Assembly: GCA_012295275.1 (NCBI GenBank)
Contig: CM022671.1
Span: 1,178,001-1,242,000, forward strand
Length of the DNA: 64,000 nt
Direction of reading: 5' to 3'
DNA from: Chrysomallon squamiferum
Lineage: Eukaryota; Animalia; Mollusca
Part shown: positions 39,106 through 50,407 of the stretch, piece after piece
Position numbering within the stretch: the stretch's first letter is position 1
How the letters are laid out: each line of letters starts with the position of its first letter
Notes under the pieces: model-generated
The model's database searches: none
Told to the model about the DNA's origin: nothing
The model's input: the letters and a program-made list of their open reading frames with translations, nothing else
Translations under genes and position numbers: made by a program

Positions 39106-42100
39106 TCTAATATGTTAGTGAATATCTGCAATACACATAGTTCTTCATCATTGAATGTGTGTGATATGTAATCAGTATGGTATTGGCATGTGGTTTGTTT
39201 GTAGACTAATGCATTTAATTATTATTCTATTTACTTATTATTTTTTTAAAGTTATTTATTTATTCTGATTTTTAAAATTTCAAAAATATTTATTATTATT
39301 TTATATTTTGTAGATTGACATTTCTTTGTTGATTTTGTTTTCAAGTTGTAGTTGTTTTGATACTGATGTTTGAGATTTCTGATTTGTGGTTGTCTGTTTT
39401 GATACTGATGTTTGAGATTTCTGATTTGTGGTTGTCTGTTTTGATACTGATGTTTGAGATTTGTGGTTGTCTGTTTTGGTACTGATGTTTGAGATGTGTG
39501 GTTGTCTGTTTTGATACTGATATTTGAGATTTCTGATTTGTGGTTGTCTGTTTTGATACTGATGTTTGAGATTTCTGATTTGTGGTTGTCTGTTTTGATA
39601 CTGATGTTTGAGATTTGTGGTTGTCTGTTTTGATACTGATGTTTGAGATTTCTGATTTGTGGTTGTCTGTTTTGATACTGATGTTTGAGATTTGTGGTTG
39701 TCTGTTTTGATACTGATGTTTGAGATTTGTGGTTGTCTGTTTTGATACTGATGTTTGAGATTTCTGATTTGTGGTTGTCTGTTTTGATACTGATGTTTGA
39801 GATGTGTGGTTGTCTGTTTTGATACTGATGTTTGAGATTTCTGATTTGTGGTTGTCTGTTTTGATACTGATGTTTGAGATTTGTGGTTGTCTGTTTTGAT
39901 ACTGATGTTTGAGATTTCTGATTTGTGGTTGTCTGTTTTGATACTGATGTTTGAGATTTGTGGTTGTCTGTTTTGATACTGATGTTTGAGATTTCTGATT
40001 TGTGGTTGTCTGTTTTGATACTGATGTTTGAGATGTGTGGTTGTCTGTTTTGATACTGATGTTTGAGATGTCTGATTTGTGGTTGTCTGTTTTGATACTG
40101 ATGTTTGAGATTTGTGGTTGTCTGTTTTGATACTGATGTTTGAGATTTCTGATTTGTGGTTGTCTGTTTTGATACTGATGTTTGAGATTTGTGGTTGTCT
40201 GTTTTGATACTGATGTTTGAGATTTGTGGTTGTCTGTTTTGATACTGATGTTTGAGATTTCTGATTTGTGGTTGTCTGTTTTGATACTGATGTTTGAGAT
40301 TTGTGGTTGTCTGTTTTGATACTGATGTTTGAGATTTCTGATTTGTGGTTGTCTGTTTTGATACTGATGTTTGAGATTTGTGGTTGTCTGTTTTGATACT
40401 GATGTTTGAGATTTGTGGTTGTCTGTTTTGATACTGATGTTTGAGATTTGTGGTTGTCTGTTTTGATACTGATGTTTGAGATTTCTGATTTGTGGTTGTC
40501 TGTTTTGTTTGTTTGAGATTTGTGGTTGTCTGTTTTGATACTGATGTTTGAGATTTGTGGTTGTCTGTTTTGATACTGATGTTTGAGATTTGTGGTTGTC
40601 TGTTTTTGATACTGATGTTTGAGATTTGTGGTTGTCTGTTTTGATACTGATGTTTGAGATTTCTGATTTGTGGTTGTCTGTTTTGATACTGATGTTTGAG
40701 ATTTGTGGTTGTCTGTTTTGATACTGATGTTTGAGATTTCTGATTTGTGGTTGTCTGTTTTGATGCTGATGTTTGAGATTTGTGGTTGTCTGTTTTGATA
40801 CTGATGTTTGAGATTTCTGATTTGTGGTTGTCTGTTTTGATACTGATGTTTGAGATTTCTGATTTGTGGTTGTCTGTTTTGGTACTGATGTTTGAGATTT
40901 GTGGTTGTCTGTTTTGATACTGATGTTTGAGATTTGTGGTTGTCTGTTTTGGTACTGATGTTTGAGATTTGTGGTTGTCTGTTTTGATACTGATGTTTGA
41001 GATTTGTGGTTGTCTGTTTTGATACTGATGTTTGAGATTTGTGGTTGTCTGTTTTGATACTGATGTTTGAGATTTGTGGTTGTCTGTTTTGGTACTGATG
41101 TTTGAGATTTGTGGTTGTCTGTTTTGATACTGATGTTTGAGATTTCTGATTTGTGGTTGTCTGTTTTGATACTGATGTTTGAGATGTGTGGTTGTCTGTT
41201 TTGATACTGATGTTTGAGATTTCTGATTTGTGGTTGTCTGTTTTGATACTGATGTTTGAGATTTGTGGTTGTCTGTTTTGATACTGATGTTTGAGATTTG
41301 TGGTTTGTCTGTTTTGATACTGATGTTTGAGATTTGTGGTTGTCTGTTTTGATACTGATGTTTGAGATTTGTGGTTGTCTGTTTTGATACTGATGTTTGA
41401 GATTTCTGATTTGTGGTTGTCTGTTTTGATACTGATGTTTGAGATTTGTGGTTGTCTGTTTTGATACTGATGTTTGAGATTTGTGGTTGTCTGTTTTGAT
41501 ACTGATGTTTGAGATTTCTGATTTGTGGTTGTCTGTTTTGATACTGATGTTTGAGATTTGTGGTTGTCTGTTTTGATACTGATGTTTGAGATTTCTGATT
41601 TGTGGTTGTCTGTTTTGATACTGATGTTTGAGATTTGTGGTTGTCTGTTTTGGTACTGATGTTTGAGATTTGTGGTTGTCTGTTTTGATACTGATGTTTG
41701 AGATTTGTGGTTGTCTGTTTTGATACTGATGTTTGAGATTTGTGGTTGTCTGTTTTGATACTGATGTTTGAGATTTGTGGTTGTCTGTTTTGATACTGAT
41801 GTTTGAGATTTGTGGTTGTCTGTTTTGATACTGATGTTTGAGATTTCTGATTTGTGGTTGTCTGTTTTGGTACTGATGTTTGAGATTTGTGGTTGTCTGT
41901 TTTGATACTGATGTTTGAGATTTGTGGTTGTCTGTTTTGATACTGATGTTTGAGATTTGTGGTTGTCTGTTTTGATACTGATGTTTGAGATTTGTGGTTG
42001 TCTGTTTTGATACTGATGTTTGAGATTTCTGATTTGTGGTTGTCTGTTTTGATACTGATGTTTGAGATTTGTGGTTGTCTGTTTTGATACTGATGTTTGA

Positions 42101-45100
42101 GATTTCTGATTTGTGGTTGTCTGTTTTGATACTGATGTTTGAGATTTGTGGTTGTCTGTTTTGATACTGATGTTTGAGATTTCTGATTTGTGGTTGTCTG
42201 TTTTGATACTGATGTTTGAGATTTCTGATTTGTGGTTGTCTGTTTTGGTACTGATGTTTGAGATTTGTGGTTGTCTGTTTTGATACTGATGTTTGAGATT
42301 TGTGGTTGTCTGTTTTGATACTGATGTTTGAGATTTGTGGTTGTCTGTTTTGGTACTGATGTTTGAGATTTGTGGTTGTCTGTTTTGATACTGATGTTTG
42401 AGATTTGTGGTTGTCTGTTTTGATACTGATGTTTGAGATTTCTGATTTGTGGTTGTCTGTTTTGATACTGATGTTTGAGATTTCTGATTTGTGGTTGTCT
42501 GTTTTGATACTGATGTTTGAGATGTGTGGTTGTCTGTTTTGATACTGATGTTTGAGATTTCTGATTTGTGGTTGTCTGTTTTGATACTGATGTTTGAGAT
42601 TTGTGGTTTGTCTGTTTTGATACTGATGTTTGAGATTTGTGGTTGTCTGTTTTGATATGTTTGAGATTGATCTGTTTTGATACTGATGTTTGAGATTTGT
42701 GGTTGTCTGTTTTGATACTGATGTTTGAGATTTCTGATTTGTGGTTGTCTGTTTTGATACTGATGTTTGAGATTTCTGATTTGTGGTTGTCTGTTTTGAT
42801 ACTGATGTTTGAGATTTGTGGTTGTCTGTTTTGATACTGATGTTTGAGATTTGTGGTTGTCTGTTTTTTGATACTGATGTTTGAGATTTGTGGTTGTCTG
42901 TTTTGATACTGATGTTTGAGATTTGTGGTTGTCTGTTTTGATACTGATGTTTGAGATTTCTGATTTGTGGTTGTCTGTTTTGATACTGATGTTTGAGATG
43001 TGTGGTTGTCTATTTTGGTACTGATGTTTGAGATTTGTGGTTGTCTGTTTTGGTACTGATGTTTGAGATTTGTGGTTGTCTGTTTTGGTACTGATGTTTG
43101 AGATTTCTGATTTGTTGTTGTCTGTTTTGATACTGATGTTTGAGATTTGTGGTTGTCTGTTTTGATACTGATGTTTGATTTGTGGTTGTCTGTTTTGATG
43201 ATGTTTGAGATTTGTTTTGTCTGTTTTGATACTGATGTTTGAGATTTCTGATTTGTTGTTGTCTGTTTTGATACTGATGTTTGAGATTTGTGGTTGTCTG
43301 TTTTGGTACTGATGTTTGAGATTTGTGGTTGTCTGTTTTGATACTGATGTTTGAGATTTCTGATTTGTTGTTGTCTGTTTTGATACTGATGTTTGAGATT
43401 TGTTGTTGTCTTTGCAGTTGAACTCTTGGGTGTGCTGCAGTGGACCTCATCCCACAAAAATGCAGAAAAATGTCTTCACAACCTCATTAACCTCAGAGGC
43501 CAAGAGATCATCAGAGTTAGTATGAGAGACAATAATTTCAGTTGAAATAAATTTCTTACAGTGCTTATAAAATCTTCTGTTTTGGGTATAAAATATATGG
43601 CATTGTTTTTGTTATTATTTACTTATTTATTTAATAATCTTTCCAGTATCTTGAAGATCTTTTGGATGCACTCTTCAACATGTTCGTTGACCAGAATGGA
43701 ACTCGAGTTCCTTTTGCTGTTGAAGTCTTTCATGCCTTGGTGAGACCTTAGAACATGTTTAACAGCTTTTTTTTACCGTTAATTTGTATTTAATTTAATT
43801 ACTGACAGTTTGTACCTGTTATAAAATTATTATTTAGTAGTTTTGTAAACATGTACTGTTGCCTATCTGTTCAGAACATATCAGACTGTTTGATATTACT
43901 AACTTTATGTTGCAGTAAATGTTAGCAAGAATAGTCATGTTGTGAAAAACACAAAAGTAATACTAAGATGTTAATGAAATGTCAAAGGATGGAGAAATGT
44001 TGAACTGCTTGTAAAACTCAGTTCAACACCATCATCTTTCTATTGTTATGATCTTTATAACTGTCGTTTATTTTTTCTTACTATTATTATTTTTATTCAA
44101 ATTAAGAAAGAAAAGAGAATGTAGCACATTTCATGTCCATTTAAGTTTTATCAGTAATATTCCCTGTAAATTTAAGTGACATCAATGTTTATATTCAGGT
44201 TCACATATTCAATCTGTTGGAAGAAGACTTGTTTGAAAACTTCGAGTGTGTACTGGAAGCTTACAGGGAGGGTTTTTCTTACCCTCTTGTACACAGGTAC
44301 ACTCATATTTCTCTATTAACAGTAGCTTCACACTCCTACCTTCTTCTACTTATGTATCTAGGATATTTACTTCATTACTACTTGATTAGTTTTTTGTTTT
44401 TTTTATGACTATATAGTGAGCTTACGTTAATTATATATTAATCAATGTTAGTACAATTTCATAGGAAACACATAAATGAAGACTTTTTGTGTGCGTATGT
44501 GTGTGTGTACTTTTTGTAGAAGTGAACTAATGCTTAATATATATGAGTAGTATGGTGATTGTTGTGAATACATAAGTGTGAAAAATGTGTATGTGGTGTA
44601 TAGTTGGTGTATGTATAGACGATGCTCTGATACATTTAACAGTGTTTCTGCATTAACCTGTATTTATATCATTCACCTGTTTACTCAAAAACATGTATAA
44701 ACTATGATATTCGTTACAGAGAACTGATGTACTGTCTGTTGTACAAAACCGAGAAAGCTGCCAAACTTGAAGATGAGAATAACAAGTTTAAAATTGAGCA
44801 GGTCTACAAAGTGAGTAGACAGTGAAGTGAGGTGTATTAGTACAGTTATTCTGCTTGTTTTCTTTCCTTTAAAGTTGAAATAAATAGCTGAAATATGTTC
44901 TTTCAAATAAATATTTTCATTGTTACTTGATAACAACCTGTGTTAAAATAATATGTGACAATAACTTGACAAAAGAGAGGAGGCCAGTACAGACTGTTAT
45001 AAGTTGTTGTTTTTAAAAAAAATAATCATTTAGATTTCCATGTGTTAATTTAAGAGCAACATATCCAAAGTATGTTGGTAGATATTCCTCCATTACGAGT

Positions 45101-48100
45101 ATGAAATTACTTCAGTTTTCTGATAAAGTATATTCCAGATATTATGCATTCACTATTTCACAAAGAACAGATGATTTAATATTTTTGGTATTAATATCTA
45201 TGCTGAATGTTTTTTTCATTTATTCATGTTTTGAAATAGAATAATATATCTGTTTATTATACAGATTTGAAATTATAATAAATACCCATTTTTATTGTTG
45301 ACGGTTTTATTTTTTGTTTTAGGTACTTGACGATATCTTCAAATTCACAGTAAAATCATGCCTGCTGTATCAAGGGTAGGGTTAATTTTGTTTTATTAAT
45401 AACATTATTATTTAAATAATTGTTAATTATAATGTACTTAGGTTTGCTGAACTATGTTACAAATTCAAATTTATTAAACTTTTATAACTTAGAATTTTGT
45501 ATTTATTACACACAATATTTTGTCAAGTATTTTTGCTGGTATTTATGTTTGTGTTTTTTTTATTTTTCTAGGGACTGGACTGGAACTTTGAATTTGGATA
45601 ATGTTTTTGAGGGTTTTTGTAAAATTCTGAGTGTCTCTGAGGAATCTGTGAGAGAATCACAGGTAAATTAATGAACAGTATGTCTGCTGGAAATCTGTAA
45701 AAACATATTCTTCTGATATAAATAATCTCCAGGTGCACATCAGATAGATTTGAAATGTCTTGATACACTTGATAAATAAATAAATTTCAAATTATGTAGA
45801 TTTAAATTAGCCACATTAATTTTAAGTTATCTGCACATTTTTCTTATTTTTGTTCAGATCTAACTCAGTTACTTTGAGTTTAAATTGCTTTTATTATTAA
45901 ATGTATAACTTTATGAATATTATAATTTGTTTATTTATTTAGCATTGGTTTGTTATTTTAATTATGTTATCGATTTATTTATTTTACATTAATATTACCT
46001 TTTTAAATTGATTGATGTTATTATTTCAGGTAATTCTGCTTGATAATCTGCACAAGATCTTCCCCTCTCTGCTGCAGCTGATTCCCAAGTCCAAACTGAC
46101 CAGTCTGATGATCAAGCTGTGTAACAGCATGCCTAAGAATGTCCACCAGAGTCTGCACGAAGCTCGAATGAGAATGGCTCAGAAGAATGTCAGCTCTGAA
46201 CTGTTTAAAGATCCAGGTAATTATTTCACCTCAGTGTACCCATTGTGTTCAATCTCAGTCCAGCCAGAGCCACCAGACTAGTGTATGAAAATACATAATT
46301 TACTGTCTAGTGGAAGATTCAAGTAAAAATAATTTGTTTCTCCTCATTTATATAAATAATCATACCATGACTGTCATATCATATTACAAAGTTTTTATTA
46401 ATAAGCTACAATAACATTAAACAAATATTCCTTCTTTCTCTGATTTTGTTTTTAATCATCCTAAACTTTGTTAAATCCAATATTTAAATGAATATACTTT
46501 ATTCTTTATTGTTTAATTTTGTTTTGCATTTTGTTTTTATTTCTCTGAAATTACAAATTATCTTTCTTCTTCTCTTTTAAATCCCTTCCTTTCTGTTTCG
46601 TTATTTCATTCTTTGTTTTAACTTCCACCACATCTCTGATGATCTCAACTGTTTCATGCAGACTGTCGTAGGAGTCTTCTGCAGGTGTGTCTGTCTATGA
46701 TAAAGAAGTGCATGATCACGAAGAAAGCACTTTATGTGGCAGTTGACACATTCGGAGACATACTTGATGTGTATGCAGAACTCAAAACGGTAAAAACTCA
46801 TTTTTTATTCACAAACAATCTGGAATAAATAGTAAAGTGATGCGTGTATAAATATTTATATACATTGTGTGTTTATTTTTAGGTGTTTGTGTGTGTATGT
46901 GTTTGTATAAATAGTTTTAAACACAGAAGATGACATCAATGAAGATCTGAAAGATATTTATATACATTGTGTGTTTATTTTTTTTTTTTTCTAACACAGA
47001 AGAGTGACATCAATGAAGATCTGACAGAGATAAGTGTGTGTGTGTTTGTGTGTTGTGTATGTATGTTACGTTTTATCTTTCTAACACAGAAGAGTGACAT
47101 CAATGAAGATCTGACAGAGATAATCATGGCCATGTTTGACATCACCACTCAGACTCTGCTTGTCTTGGATGACAAACAAAAGGGAGAAGTTGGTGTAAGT
47201 TATTTCATCTTCTTATTATTACCCACATATTACAAGTTGCTGTAAGTTATTTCATCTTCTTATTATTATCATAGTTACCCACATATTACAAGTTGGTGTA
47301 AGTTATTTCATCTTCTTATTATTATCATAGTTACCCACATATTACAAGTTGCTGTAAGTTATTTCATCTTATTATTACCCACATATTACAAAATACAAAA
47401 TGTCCTCTGTGACAAATAACACTGATGACTGTAAATTAAAGTATTCATTAAATGTTTCAAATGGTATGTGGATTTCAAAATACAAAATTTGTCATTGTCC
47501 ATCTGTTATGATCAACTTATGTTTATAACTGACTGAAGAGTTTTCACACAGCAGTCTAGTTGTATTCATATAATGTTTGATTGAAATATCAGGGAATGCT
47601 GACTTCCTGTCTGATGGAAATGCTGAGAATGATGGCAGACAGACATTACAGTGAGCTGATAGACAGCTATCCCAAAGACAGACCACTGAAGGTTAGTTAT
47701 GAGCACTTATTAAACCCTAATTACACCATCCACACAAGCTTACATTTCTGTACAAACATGCACATGCATTTTCATATAACATTCACATGCACACAAATTA
47801 ACAAACGTATCTGTCTATTTTTATTTTGATCAGTCTTCAACAACATTTACACTGAAATAAATAAATTAATTTGCTCTGTTTTAATTTTCGATTATTTCTT
47901 TCTAGGTATCTTCCACATAAACATTTTTCCTAATGTAATCATGTTAATAACGTTAATCCCACATTTATTATTAAAAATTTATTTATTTTAGGATTTTTTG
48001 ATACGCATTCTGCTTGTGTTTCGTGACATGATCAAACATGATGCGTTTCCAATGGATTGGACCACAATGAGACTGGTGTCCAATCAGTGAGTTGATGTTC

Positions 48101-50407
48101 TAATCATTCCTTCTTTTACAACAGGGTAGTAACAATAGCACTGTACTCTGCATTAACAGACAGAATTAATAAATATAGAAAAAAATAATGAATTGTTGGA
48201 AAATAATAAAGAAAAAATAGTGTTGGATCAGTTAGTAGGAATCATATTATTATAAATGTTTAAAACAAGTGTCAAACAAAATAAGCCATTTTTACTTTAG
48301 TAGAAAAGTCATGAATAATTATCAGAGGAGAGTAATAAAGGATTAATTTTGAAGGATTGAGGGAGATTAATAAAGGATTATGGGAGAATGATAAATAATT
48401 TAGGATGAATGAAAATTATGGGAGAATAAGAAAAGAATGTAAGTTTATATAAATTAGTCAGATTGTAAATAAATATATAAAAAAGTTATTTTTTAATGTA
48501 ACTGTTTTTTTGTAGCATAATCTTGACAGCCATTCAGTACATTGCTCAGTCTTTGACAAACAGCTTTCTCACTGGGAATAACTTTGATGAACAGGTGTGT
48601 GTGTATGCATGCATGTATGTGTATAAACCAGAAACTTAATAAATAGAATTTAGATGAATATAACAACAGAAATTAAAGTAAAAAAATCATGCTTTTTTAT
48701 TTTCAAGCAAATTTTATTATACCTAAAAGTAACTTTTAATATGTTTATTTTTTTTAATGTGTAATGATAAATTATTTCTTTTTATACGTTATTTTCCTAT
48801 TTTGTGAATGTATTGTTAATGTACCACATTGATTACACCTATCTCTGTGTTAATCATGAACTGTGTGTTGTTTAATTCTAGTTGTGGAGTAACTATTTCG
48901 ACCTGGCTGTTGCTTTTGTGACTCAGCCATGTTTACAGCTGGAGTACTATTCCGAGGCTAAGCGAGACAGCATCAAAGATCCGGTCAGTACAGATAAACC
49001 TGTGTTCACATACGTGTGGGTGTGTGTGTGTGTGCACATACATGCTTGTGTGTATTGTCTGGGTGTGTGTGTGTGTGTGTGTGTGATGAATACATGTGCA
49101 TGTGTTAATGTGTTAGTGTACAAATGTGTGTGTATGTTTGCATTTGCAGTTTGTATGTATTCATGGAGATGTATGAATGTGTCTAAAGCAGGTATTATCA
49201 ATGTGAATGTGTATATATGGTTGAAAAGGTATTTGTATATATGTATGTGTGTATACATGTGTATCTGTATATTTTACTGAGTGTATTCCAATACATTAGT
49301 TACTGCTAATGATGTGTGTGCAGGTTTGCATCAGTATGTGTTTACAGCACTGTGAATATTTATCAGTGTATTTTGTTATGAATTCTGTTTCAGCTATCAA
49401 GACATGAGAGTGTTGATTGGCCTCCAGATTGAAACTTTGTGGAATGATCTTGGTAAGAATTTATTTTTGAAATAAAATGATATCTCTGCTATTAAAACAA
49501 ACAAATGTTTAGCTGGTGTATGTTGTGTATAATTGTGTGTTTACCTGTCAGTCTGTTTTAGTGCTCCTGCACAAGTTACACACCTGTACACTTGATCACT
49601 AATACACACTCACATATTGTGCATGCAAACGTGTGTAAGTAATTTTACATATGAAAAACTTTCAGGTGATCACAAGAAACATTTCATTCCGTCAATGATT
49701 GGTCCGTTCCTGGAGGTGACACTGATACCTGAGCGAGACCTGCGCAAGGCAACGCTGCCCATCTTCTTTGACATGATGCTGTGTCATCAGCAGCAGCACG
49801 GCAACTTCACTGTGGTGAGTAGTTCAGCTCTTCACAGACCCACTTCACTCACATACAACAAATTGTTTTAATTTAAAAAAATAAAATTGTCTCATAGATT
49901 GCTATTGCCAAGATCTTATTATACAGAAGTGGTTCAAATTCACCACAATATGGGCTGTTTCTTACTATAAAGCTACAATGTACATCAACATTGCCAAGTT
50001 CTGATTGTACAGAAACCATTCTAACTACCACACAACTTCTGTGACATGGATTGCCACAAATAGAATCTCACTACATACAGATTTGTTGACAAATAAATAG
50101 TTTGTCAACAAATCATATTAAGGGGATTTTGTTATATGTCTGTTTTTCTCAAGAATTGACATCCTTATGAATGCAGCAATTAAATCACGTTGAATATGAC
50201 AAGACAAACCTGCCATTTGTTACTTTGTAATTCTATGAATCATGTAACTTATTTATTTTTTAATTTTTTAAATGATCTAATAATAAATCTGTTAATGATG
50301 ATTAAACATCATTGTTTACAGGTAGATAATGAGTTGATAGAAAAGCTGGATATTCTGATAACCAACAACCATGGAGATTATGAATATAAAGAACTTTTCC
50401 AGTCTAT
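21719..50407 (+). CDS. DOCK4: Dedicator of cytokinesis DOCK-B subfamily (DOCK3/DOCK4-like) Rac GEF, 35 exons visible; continues beyond window
   Basis: SH3 ([25 protein letters not shown]), VLREW, DWGN, YRRPWG, DHR-1 ([37 protein letters not shown]), [32 protein letters not shown] and GDYEYKELF are collinear with human DOCK3/4. Phases are consistent except at exons 8 and 32. It is probably the single DOCK3/4 pro-orthologue. Confidence 0.95.
22153..22500. repeat. ~195-bp tandem duplication in DOCK intron 1
   Basis: TGAATAATACAATAATGATT..ATATTGAGAAAAC starts at 22153 and 22348. Confidence 0.8.
22583..22684 (+). CDS. DOCK4: DOCK exon 2 (SH3)
   Basis: [27 protein letters not shown]. Confidence 0.9.
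23096..23139 (+). CDS. DOCK4: DOCK exon 3 (SH3)
   Basis: [14 protein letters not shown]. Confidence 0.88.
23649..23704 (+). CDS. DOCK4: DOCK exon 4 (SH3)
   Basis: [19 protein letters not shown]. Confidence 0.93.
25600..26048 (+). mobile_element. 5'-truncated, degenerate non-LTR retrotransposon (I/Nimb-group LINE) 3' end
   Basis: Translates to [56 protein letters not shown]. This resembles the RxRIGH..LTH...PxC..HILxEC C-terminus of I-group ORF2. The 3' end GCTGGGGTGTCATTAAA is followed by a (CATT)n tail. Confidence 0.8.
27612..27708 (+). CDS. DOCK4: DOCK exon 5
   Basis: [32 protein letters not shown]. Confidence 0.93.
28036..28181 (+). CDS. DOCK4: DOCK exon 6
   Basis: [24 protein letters not shown]...LIDWGN. 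Confidence 0.9.
28964..29123 (+). CDS. DOCK4: DOCK exon 7
   Basis: [29 protein letters not shown]; donor position tentative. Confidence 0.85.
29500..29709 (+). CDS. DOCK4: DOCK exon 8 (3' end garbled by 64-bp repeat)
   Basis: [25 protein letters not shown]. The expected end DASNSTFIS is intact only in downstream repeat copies. Confidence 0.8.
29630..29995. repeat. 64-bp minisatellite spanning the exon 8 donor
   Basis: CATCAG|GTATGT recurs with GT at 29710, 29774, 29838, 29902 and 29966. Confidence 0.95.
30514..30595 (+). CDS. DOCK4: DOCK exon 9
   Basis: [27 protein letters not shown]. Confidence 0.9.
31169..31229 (+). CDS. DOCK4: DOCK exon 10
   Basis: [20 protein letters not shown]. Confidence 0.9.
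34638..34709 (+). CDS. DOCK4: DOCK exon 11
   Basis: [23 protein letters not shown]. Confidence 0.92.
34908..34977 (+). CDS. DOCK4: DOCK exon 12
   Basis: [22 protein letters not shown]. Confidence 0.85.
35447..35547 (+). CDS. DOCK4: DOCK exon 13
   Basis: [19 protein letters not shown]; phases fit the neighbouring exons. Confidence 0.82.
35932..36057 (+). CDS. DOCK4: DOCK exon 14
   Basis: [23 protein letters not shown]...IGFSDIITP; an in-frame alternative AG lies at 35942-35943. Confidence 0.88.
36584..36708 (+). CDS. DOCK4: DOCK exon 15 (DHR-1)
   Basis: [30 protein letters not shown]. Confidence 0.95.
37324..37422 (+). CDS. DOCK4: DOCK exon 16 (DHR-1)
   Basis: [26 protein letters not shown]. 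Confidence 0.95.
37659..37722 (+). CDS. DOCK4: DOCK exon 17 (DHR-1)
   Basis: [21 protein letters not shown]. Confidence 0.95.
37975..38081 (+). CDS. DOCK4: DOCK exon 18 (DHR-1)
   Basis: [13 protein letters not shown]...[11 protein letters not shown]. Confidence 0.93.
38827..38998 (+). CDS. DOCK4: DOCK exon 19
   Basis: [14 protein letters not shown]...[18 protein letters not shown]. Confidence 0.93.
39345..43410. repeat. 4.1-kb minisatellite, 35/42-bp units, in DOCK intron 19
   Basis: Unit TTTGTGGTTGTCTGTTTTGATACTGATGTTTGAGA with or without TTTCTGA; roughly 105-110 copies. Confidence 0.97.
43418..43515 (+). CDS. DOCK4: DOCK exon 20
   Basis: ELLGVLQW...[15 protein letters not shown]. Confidence 0.92.
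43647..43739 (+). CDS. DOCK4: DOCK exon 21
   Basis: [13 protein letters not shown]...VFHAL. Confidence 0.92.
44199..44296 (+). CDS. DOCK4: DOCK exon 22
   Basis: [22 protein letters not shown]. Confidence 0.9.
44720..44810 (+). CDS. DOCK4: DOCK exon 23
   Basis: [30 protein letters not shown]. Confidence 0.85.
45323..45375 (+). CDS. DOCK4: DOCK exon 24
   Basis: [17 protein letters not shown]. Confidence 0.87.
45572..45662 (+). CDS. DOCK4: DOCK exon 25
   Basis: [30 protein letters not shown]; phases fit. Confidence 0.82.
46030..46216 (+). CDS. DOCK4: DOCK exon 26
   Basis: [17 protein letters not shown]...[10 protein letters not shown]. Confidence 0.88.
46662..46789 (+). CDS. DOCK4: DOCK exon 27
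   Basis: [17 protein letters not shown]... Confidence 0.85.
46850..47125. repeat. Triplicated acceptor plus exon-28 start
   Basis: AACACAG|AAGA(G)TGACATCAATGAAGATCTGA with AG ending at 46926, 46999 and 47089. Confidence 0.9.
47090..47194 (+). CDS. DOCK4: DOCK exon 28
   Basis: [24 protein letters not shown]; flanked by duplicated acceptors and donors. Confidence 0.85.
47186..47390. repeat. 47/56-bp minisatellite spanning the exon 28 donor
   Basis: AAGTTGST|GTAAGTTATTTCATCTT with GT at 47195, 47242, 47298 and 47354. Confidence 0.93.
47593..47691 (+). CDS. DOCK4: DOCK exon 29
   Basis: [26 protein letters not shown]. Confidence 0.93.
47992..48086 (+). CDS. DOCK4: DOCK exon 30
   Basis: [31 protein letters not shown]. 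Confidence 0.95.
48516..48594 (+). CDS. DOCK4: DOCK exon 31
   Basis: [26 protein letters not shown]. Confidence 0.92.
48882..48983 (+). CDS. DOCK4: DOCK exon 32 (apparent +1 nt near donor)
   Basis: [33 protein letters not shown]; donor GTCAGT. Confidence 0.9.
49394..49452 (+). CDS. DOCK4: DOCK exon 33
   Basis: [19 protein letters not shown]. Confidence 0.93.
49666..49814 (+). CDS. DOCK4: DOCK exon 34
   Basis: [36 protein letters not shown]. Confidence 0.96.
50322..50407 (+). CDS. DOCK4: DOCK exon 35
   Basis: [30 protein letters not shown]|GTAAGT (phase 2). Confidence 0.95.

Noticed and set aside
39345-43410. CRISPR-like appearance of regular ~35-bp repeats (also the 64-, 36- and 74-bp arrays)
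   Set aside because: Units are head-to-tail with no unique spacers, there are no cas genes, and the context is a eukaryotic intron.
39252-43457. 1401-aa minus-strand ORF (and the overlapping 146-aa ORF)
   Set aside because: The reverse complement of the 35/42-bp unit has no stop in any frame. The peptide simply cycles through three frames of the same unit and lies antisense within a DOCK intron.
21719-50407. DOCK as a pseudogene
   Set aside because: Only two lesions, one inside a tandem array and one single-base indel. The other 33 exons are intact with conserved motifs and phases.
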